A stretch of 64,000 nt of DNA from Dehalococcoidia bacterium. GTDB taxonomy: Bacteria; Chloroflexota; Dehalococcoidia; Plut-88900. The stretch's first letter is position 1. Each line of letters opens with the position of its first letter. The notes under the pieces were generated by a model. The model saw only the letters and a program-made list of their open reading frames with translations. It ran no database searches and was not told the DNA's origin. The position numbers and the translations under genes were made by a program. The stretch covers positions 1,664,001-1,728,000 of the forward strand of contig CBDBLV010000005.1 of NCBI GenBank assembly GCA_965207225.1, given 5' to 3'. Positions 58,608 through 64,000 of this stretch are shown one piece after another.

Positions 58608-59650
58608 CCACCCAACTCCCCCCTCACCACCCGGGCCCCGTCCACCAGCGCCTTCAGCTTGAGATACGAAATCCACCTGGGCAACTGGAAGAACCCGCAG
58701 TCGGGGTTGAGGTGTAGCTTGTCGGCTGGGACGTGCTGCAGTACCGCTCGTATCCTCTCCGCCACGTCCTCCGCCGACTCCAGGTAGAAGGACTTGATAT
58801 CCACCACCCCCGCCCCGAGCTCTTTTCCTCCATCGAACTTCTTCCAGATGTTGGCCTCGCTCATTTCTCGGTTGGCAAATTCGAGGACTAGCTGGTCGGC
58901 GTTGACGTTGTTCAGGGCAGGGAACATCCAGCCATAGGACCGTTTGCCTCGGGGCCGACTCATAAGGTTGCCGAAGCAGATATGGAGGGCGTGCTTCGCC
59001 TCCACCCCCTCAATGCAGGCGTTGTAGAGCCTAACCCACTCGTCCACCTCTCCGGGAATGACGGCATACGAAGGCTCATCCAGCTGGATGTATTGGGCCC
59101 CTTCCGACACCAGGGCCTTCAACTCCGCGTTTATCACCTCGGCCAGCTGCCAGCAGATCTCCAGCTGGTTCTTATACGCAGTCCCTGGCCTGATGTGTAT
59201 GGTCATTGTCAGGGGCCCGGGGCACGTGACCTTGATTGGCTTCCTGGTATTGGCCTTTGTGAACTTGAACTCTTCCACAATCCCCAGCCCCGAGGGCAAC
59301 GTGAGTTTCTCGACGGCGCGGTATCGGGGAGGGGTGTCGTAGCCGTAGAGACCTGTCTTGCGAAGGGGAGGTTCCACGACTAGCCCCGTCATCCGTTTGG
59401 GAAAGCTCTGCACGAAGTACCACCGCCTCATCTCCCCATCCGACACCACATCTACGCCCGCCCGTTCCTGGTCCAGTATGGCCATTCGACAGGCATCGTC
59501 GTAAAGCTCTTTGGTGTCGGTTTCGCCATATTCGCCCTGGTCTATCTTCTCCAGGGCCGTGAGCATCCAGCCGGGATATGCGTAGCTGCCGATCACGCTG
59601 GTCGGAAGAATTGGCAGAGAATCGCTGTTCATGTCTTTAGCCGCCTTCAT
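58604..59650 (-). CDS. Cobalamin-independent methionine synthase II (MetE C-terminal) family
   Basis: TSVIGSY, SDGEMRR, QLDEP, HICFG, LEFA, NPDCGF. Confidence 0.88.
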   Translation of the reverse strand: MKAAKDMNSDSLPILPTSVIGSYAYPGWMLTALEKIDQGEYGETDTKELYDDACRMAILDQERAGVDVVSDGEMRRWYFVQSFPKRMTGLVVEPPLRKTGLYGYDTPPRYRAVEKLTLPSGLGIVEEFKFTKANTRKPIKVTCPGPLTMTIHIRPGTAYKNQLEICWQLAEVINAELKALVSEGAQYIQLDEPSYAVIPGEVDEWVRLYNACIEGVEAKHALHICFGNLMSRPRGKRSYGWMFPALNNVNADQLVLEFANREMSEANIWKKFDGGKELGAGVVDIKSFYLESAEDVAERIRAVLQHVPADKLHLNPDCGFFQLPRWISYLKLKALVDGARVVRGELGG

Positions 59651-59780
59651 TGTGCGATTTTCGTCCAGGTGGGCCTGTTTAGCACAATGATACCCCGGAC
59701 ACGTACACCGCAATCAACATGCGCTATAATCATTGCGGCCAATTCATAGGAACCTCCATATACACGCGACGGAAGAGCTC

Positions 59781-60944
59781 ATGCCAAACGATACCTTGTT
59801 CCCAGTTTCGGTAGTCGGGAGTTGGGCCCGACCCCCGTGGGTCGTACAGGCCCTTCGCAAGAAGCAGAACGGTGAAATCTCCGAAGAGCAGTTCGCCGAA
59901 ATCGCCGACCAGGCGGTCCTTCTCGCCATCAAGTACCAGGAAGACGCAGGAGTAGACGTTATCTCGGACGGCGAGATGCGCCGGGACAATTTCTACTCCT
60001 TTGCCGTGGACAAGCTCAACGGCATGAAGCTGATGAAGGTGTCGGACCTCATGGACTACATGAAGGACAGGGCATCCTTCGAAGAAATCCTGAGGGCCCT
60101 GGACGTGCCCGCCTTCGCCATCAAGAGTCCCATCGCCATCGACAGGTTGTCGGCGCGCAAGTCTCTCGCCCTTGACGAGGCCGACTTCCTTATGGACCAC
60201 ACCGATAGGGAGACAAAGGTCCCCCTCCCGGGGCCCTACCTGCTAACCAAATCGGCCTGGTTCGAAGGGCTTTCGGACACCGCCTACCCGGACCAGGAAG
60301 AGCTTTCCCGTGATGTGATACAGATACTGCGAGAAGAAGTACTGACGCTGAAGGAGCGAGGAGTCGACTTCATCCAGTTCGACGAGCCAACCCTCTCCCA
60401 GGTTGTTTACGGCGACGAAAGCGCCGAGACCTTCATGTGCGCCGCCATGGCTACCCGCAAGGACCCCAGGGACGAGCTTGAGTCGGCCGTCCGCATGATG
60501 AACGAGACCGTCGAAGGGATTGACGGGGTGCGCTTCGGGGTCCACGTGTGTCGGGGGAACTGGAGCCGCAAGGAAGATGTGCTTCTCAAGGGCAACTACG
60601 GCCCCTTGCTCCCCTACCTGATGGCCATGAACATCCACCAGCTTGTCCTGGAGTACGCCACCCCCAGGGCCGGCGAGATGGAGGTGTTCAAAGAGTACAA
60701 GAACGAGAAGGAGATAGGGCTGGGGGTCGCGAACCCAAGGACCGACGAAATCGAAAGCCCCGACCAGATCGTGGGTCGCGTCCACGAGGCCCTGGACTAC
60801 TTCGCACCCGAGCAGATCTACCTGAACCCCGACTGCGGTTTCGGCACCTTCGCCGAGCGCAACGTGAACACCGACCCCATTGCCTACCAGAAGCTACAAT
60901 CGATAACCGCGGCCGCAGAGAAGCTCAGGGTGGAGTTCGGTTAG
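59781..60944 (+). CDS. Cobalamin-independent methionine synthase II family (second paralog)
   Basis: VVGSWARP, SDGEMRR, QFDEP, HVCRGN, LEYA, NPDCGF. Confidence 0.88.
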   Translation: MPNDTLFPVSVVGSWARPPWVVQALRKKQNGEISEEQFAEIADQAVLLAIKYQEDAGVDVISDGEMRRDNFYSFAVDKLNGMKLMKVSDLMDYMKDRASFEEILRALDVPAFAIKSPIAIDRLSARKSLALDEADFLMDHTDRETKVPLPGPYLLTKSAWFEGLSDTAYPDQEELSRDVIQILREEVLTLKERGVDFIQFDEPTLSQVVYGDESAETFMCAAMATRKDPRDELESAVRMMNETVEGIDGVRFGVHVCRGNWSRKEDVLLKGNYGPLLPYLMAMNIHQLVLEYATPRAGEMEVFKEYKNEKEIGLGVANPRTDEIESPDQIVGRVHEALDYFAPEQIYLNPDCGFGTFAERNVNTDPIAYQKLQSITAAAEKLRVEFG

Positions 60945-60979
60945 GAGCAGACCGAAGTCATCCGTGGAGGAATAGAACA

Positions 60980-61501
60980 ATGGCAGAAGAGCTTAATGGG
61001 CTCAGGCCCGAGAAACTGAACGAGATACTCGAGTCCTTGAAAGACCCCGAGGTCAAGAAGGCCGTCAGCGGCCCCTGGCGCTCCCGCGTCAGGTGGGAGT
61101 CCGGCTTCAAGGGCAAGGCCTACACCCGGACCCACACCGTGGACCTGGACGAGCCCGAAGGCCTGGACGCCACCGACACCGCAGCCTCCGCCCACGAGCA
61201 CATTCTCTCGGCTGTAGGGGGATGCATGATGGTCGGGTTCGTGCTGAATGCTACCAAGCGTGGCATCAAGCTCAACGACCTGGAGATCGCCCTGGAAGGC
61301 CATTTCGACAACATCCTGAAGTGGGCAGGTCTGGACGACGGAAACCCGGGCTACGGTAAGATCAACGCCAAGGTATACGTCTCCGCCGACGCCGATGAAG
61401 ACGCCCTCAGAGAGGTTTGGAAGCTTGCCGTCGAAGGCTCGCCGGTTGCCAACACCGTGGCCCGGGCCACGGAGATCATTCCCGAGTTCGAAAAGGTCTA
61501 G
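60980..61501 (+). CDS. OsmC family protein
   Basis: DEP..L..D..SA.E.ILSAVGGC; A..RGIKL; SPV; GGAGG RBS. Confidence 0.82.
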   Translation: MAEELNGLRPEKLNEILESLKDPEVKKAVSGPWRSRVRWESGFKGKAYTRTHTVDLDEPEGLDATDTAASAHEHILSAVGGCMMVGFVLNATKRGIKLNDLEIALEGHFDNILKWAGLDDGNPGYGKINAKVYVSADADEDALREVWKLAVEGSPVANTVARATEIIPEFEKV

Positions 61502-61594
61502 CGGCTTGCGCCCTTCTTCCCCCTGGCAAAATGGAGTTGCCGGAGTAACCACCGCGTTCTCCGGCAACTCAAGCGTTAGCGAGGGCAAGGTACA

Positions 61595-62362
61595 TTGAGC
61601 CCCGTTACCTGGGTCTCTCCCGACTGGGTGCACGAACACCTCGCAGACCCTGAAGTTATCCTCCTCGACCCCCGACGGCCGATGAAGTACATGTCGGGTC
61701 ACCTGGAAGGGGCGGTAAACCTGCCCGTTTACACGGCCTTCGACGATCAGGCCCGGCTCATGGACCCCGACTCCCTCTCCCGTTGGGCCGCCGACGCAGG
61801 CCTCTCCAACAACCGCACTCCCCTACTCTACGACTCCGTAGATGGACAGAATGGGGCGATGCTCTCGTGGATTCTCCAGTATCTCGGCTGCCCCGAGGTC
61901 CTGCTCATGGACACCTTCTTCGAAGGTTGGAAGGCCTCGGGCAACGCCGTTTTCTACCGCCCCGTCCCCCCGACTGCCGGAGAATTCTCACCTACGCTCA
62001 ACGAAGACATCAGGGCCCGCTGGGATGACCTGTCGCAGAGCACACCGGCTGGACTGATCGACTTTCGCGGCGAGAAGGAGTACCGGGGAGAGGATGGAGC
62101 AGGCGGGCACATCCCCAACGCACGACACCTGGAATGGCGATCATTAGTAGGTGAAGACAATGCCTACCTGCTGCCTGATGATAAGTTGGCCTCGATGCTG
62201 AGGCCTCTGACGTCGGACTCGGGTAAGGCGATAGCCTACTGCCGGACCGGGCCCCGGGCTTCCCTCGGATTCCTGGCCCTGTCCAAGCTGGGCTATTCAC
62301 CCAGGCTCTACGACGGATCGATGACCGACTGGCTGCGCCGCGGCGGCCCGCTGGAAACCTAG
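61595..62362 (+). CDS. Sulfurtransferase (tandem rhodanese)
   Basis: GHLEGAV, GHIPNA, YCRTG, LYDGS..DW. Confidence 0.88.
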   Translation: MSPVTWVSPDWVHEHLADPEVILLDPRRPMKYMSGHLEGAVNLPVYTAFDDQARLMDPDSLSRWAADAGLSNNRTPLLYDSVDGQNGAMLSWILQYLGCPEVLLMDTFFEGWKASGNAVFYRPVPPTAGEFSPTLNEDIRARWDDLSQSTPAGLIDFRGEKEYRGEDGAGGHIPNARHLEWRSLVGEDNAYLLPDDKLASMLRPLTSDSGKAIAYCRTGPRASLGFLALSKLGYSPRLYDGSMTDWLRRGGPLET

Positions 62363-63444
62363 TTAGGCGCGAACCCGTACAAGCCCGCCGCGTTCTCCCT
62401 CACGATCTTCCTCTTAGTATCCTCTCCGAATCCCGCGAACTGCTTTTCTATCACCTCTCGGGAGTTGGGCCATGTTCCCTCGTGGTGGGGGTAGTCGTTG
62501 CCCCATAGCAGACGGTCTGCGCCGTAGTAGTCGAGGGTAGTGAGGGCCACGGGGTCGTCGCCGAAGGTCACGTACCCCTGCCTCTTGAAATACTCGCTGG
62601 GCAGCATATCCAGCTTGGGCCGGGTGAACATGTGGTGTTTCCGGTAGGCCTCGTCCATGGCGTGGAGCTCCCAGGCCAGCCACCCCGCCCCCGACTCCAC
62701 AATCACGAACTCCATGCTCGGGTGGTCCATCAGCACCCCTGACGAGCACAGGTAGACCAGCAGCTCTATCCCGTCCACCAGCGCGCCCATAATGTAGTTG
62801 ATTACCGCGCCGCCCGGGCCCCGTTCAACCCTCGGGTCCCGGCCGCTGCTGATGTGGAAGTTCAGGGGTACTCCTGTCTCTTCTACCGTCTCCCATATTG
62901 GCCTGTATTCGACTCGGTTGTAGGGTGGGTCAACTACGCTGGGCAGGAAGAAAGACCCCATGTCCAGCCCCGCCACCCGACGCATCTCTCCGCACGCCCA
63001 CGGGATGTCAATAACCGGGATCAGCGCCGCCATGGCGAACCTGTCCCGACGGTCTCCGAATAGCTCCATCGCCCAGTCGTTGTAAACGCTGGCGACTTGG
63101 GCCTGGAACTCGGCGTCGGGGGAGCAAGCCATTTCGAGGCCGAAAGTGCCGGGGTATACCACTTCCGCTCCTACTCCGTCGACATCCTGGGCATTCAACC
63201 GGTAGTCGACGTCCCAGCCCTGCACCCGACCCTGTTCTCTCAGCTTGTCCTCATGCGTCTTCTCATCCGAGCCCATGGCCATCTTCTTGGGCCTCATGCC
63301 ATCTTGGATCATCAGCCGCTTGCCGTCCCGCACCTCGATGTGGGGCGCCTTGTGGCGCAGGTGGACCGGGAGCCGTTCCTGCCACAACGACAGGGGCTCG
63401 TCCACGTGGGAGTCGGCGGAGATTAGCTTGGCGTCGAACATCAT
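62359..63444 (-). CDS. Amidohydrolase 2 family protein
   Basis: ISADSHV, NFH, VESGAGW, WGNDYPH. Confidence 0.88.
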   Translation of the reverse strand: MMFDAKLISADSHVDEPLSLWQERLPVHLRHKAPHIEVRDGKRLMIQDGMRPKKMAMGSDEKTHEDKLREQGRVQGWDVDYRLNAQDVDGVGAEVVYPGTFGLEMACSPDAEFQAQVASVYNDWAMELFGDRRDRFAMAALIPVIDIPWACGEMRRVAGLDMGSFFLPSVVDPPYNRVEYRPIWETVEETGVPLNFHISSGRDPRVERGPGGAVINYIMGALVDGIELLVYLCSSGVLMDHPSMEFVIVESGAGWLAWELHAMDEAYRKHHMFTRPKLDMLPSEYFKRQGYVTFGDDPVALTTLDYYGADRLLWGNDYPHHEGTWPNSREVIEKQFAGFGEDTKRKIVRENAAGLYGFAPN

Positions 63445-63522
63445 GCCCTCCTCTTTGCATCACTGTAACACAACGGCCTTCACCTCTGGCATCACAATCC
63501 TGCAACCCTTATCATCCCCCGC

Positions 63523-64000
63523 ATGGTCTGGAAGGAAGTCTACGAGTCCCGTCTCACATCGGCTGAAGGCGCCGCCCGGGTTATCAAGTCCGGCGACCTC
63601 GTCTACGTGCCCGCACCTCCCCACCCCCAGTTGATTCTACAGGCCCTCGCCGACCGTCGAGACGAACTACATGACGTAAAGGCCTGCATCGACAGCCACG
63701 TCTTCGACCCCGGCTGGCTGCAATCGGACTGGGGAGACTCATTCCACATCGTCACCGAGCAGTTCCTGGGTCTCGGGATCGAGGCCTACAACGACCGGCT
63801 AATCGACTACTCGCCCCTGTTAAACACAACCCGCATCCCCAGCATAGAGGCACTTGGTGGCGCCAAGCCCATTGACGTACTCATGGTCCTGGTTTCTAGT
63901 CCCGATGAAGGTGGGTTTTGCAGCTTCGGTTACGCGCCCTGGGACAAGGCCCGGCTCGCCGGCCTCTCGAAAGTGGTTATCGCCCAGGTCGACGAGAGCC
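63523..64000 (+). CDS. Acetyl-CoA hydrolase/transferase family, 5' part (runs off window)
   Basis: MVWKEVYESRLTSAEGAARVIKSGD..SSPDEGGFCSFG..VIAQVD; paralog of 13115-14587; not in the ORF track. Confidence 0.8.
   Translation, partial: MVWKEVYESRLTSAEGAARVIKSGDLVYVPAPPHPQLILQALADRRDELHDVKACIDSHVFDPGWLQSDWGDSFHIVTEQFLGLGIEAYNDRLIDYSPLLNTTRIPSIEALGGAKPIDVLMVLVSSPDEGGFCSFGYAPWDKARLAGLSKVVIAQVDES

Noticed and set aside
1-64000. Global UGA reassignment (genetic code 4/25)
   Set aside because: Many intact genes end in TGA at their expected C-termini, including ATGA/TGATG overlaps; readthrough is confined to specific Cys/Sec positions.

Overview
GC-rich bacterial window. The gene content (4 LLM flavin oxidoreductases, many amidohydrolases and enolase-superfamily enzymes, MetE-II paralogs, an LRR lipoprotein, 5 toxin-antitoxin pairs) suggests a Chloroflexota SAR202/Dehalococcoidia-like organism, possibly host (sponge)-associated; this is inference. 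It carries valS, tRNA-Gly(TCC), a metal/cobalamin-type ABC transporter and mostly catabolic enzymes. Two signals stand out. (1) An intact LtrA-like (IIA/ML-type) group II intron (6718-9836) whose domain IV encloses, after the RT/maturase/HNH ORF, a complete second passenger gene encoding a secreted lipoprotein. (2) Three genes split by in-frame TGA at family-conserved Cys or Sec positions: an M20 amidohydrolase (HA-U-GHD), a thioredoxin-NHL protein (YC-U-VNC) and a UGSC protein. Each TGA is followed 19-25 nt later by a hairpin with GU in the apical loop, consistent with selenoproteins with SECIS elements that the ORF track splits. Also seen: an Fe(II)/2OG enzyme with a halogenase-type HxG motif, a REP-like palindrome inserted in frame in valS, a triple-Rid fusion, and three disrupted genes (TreT-like, enolase, VapC).
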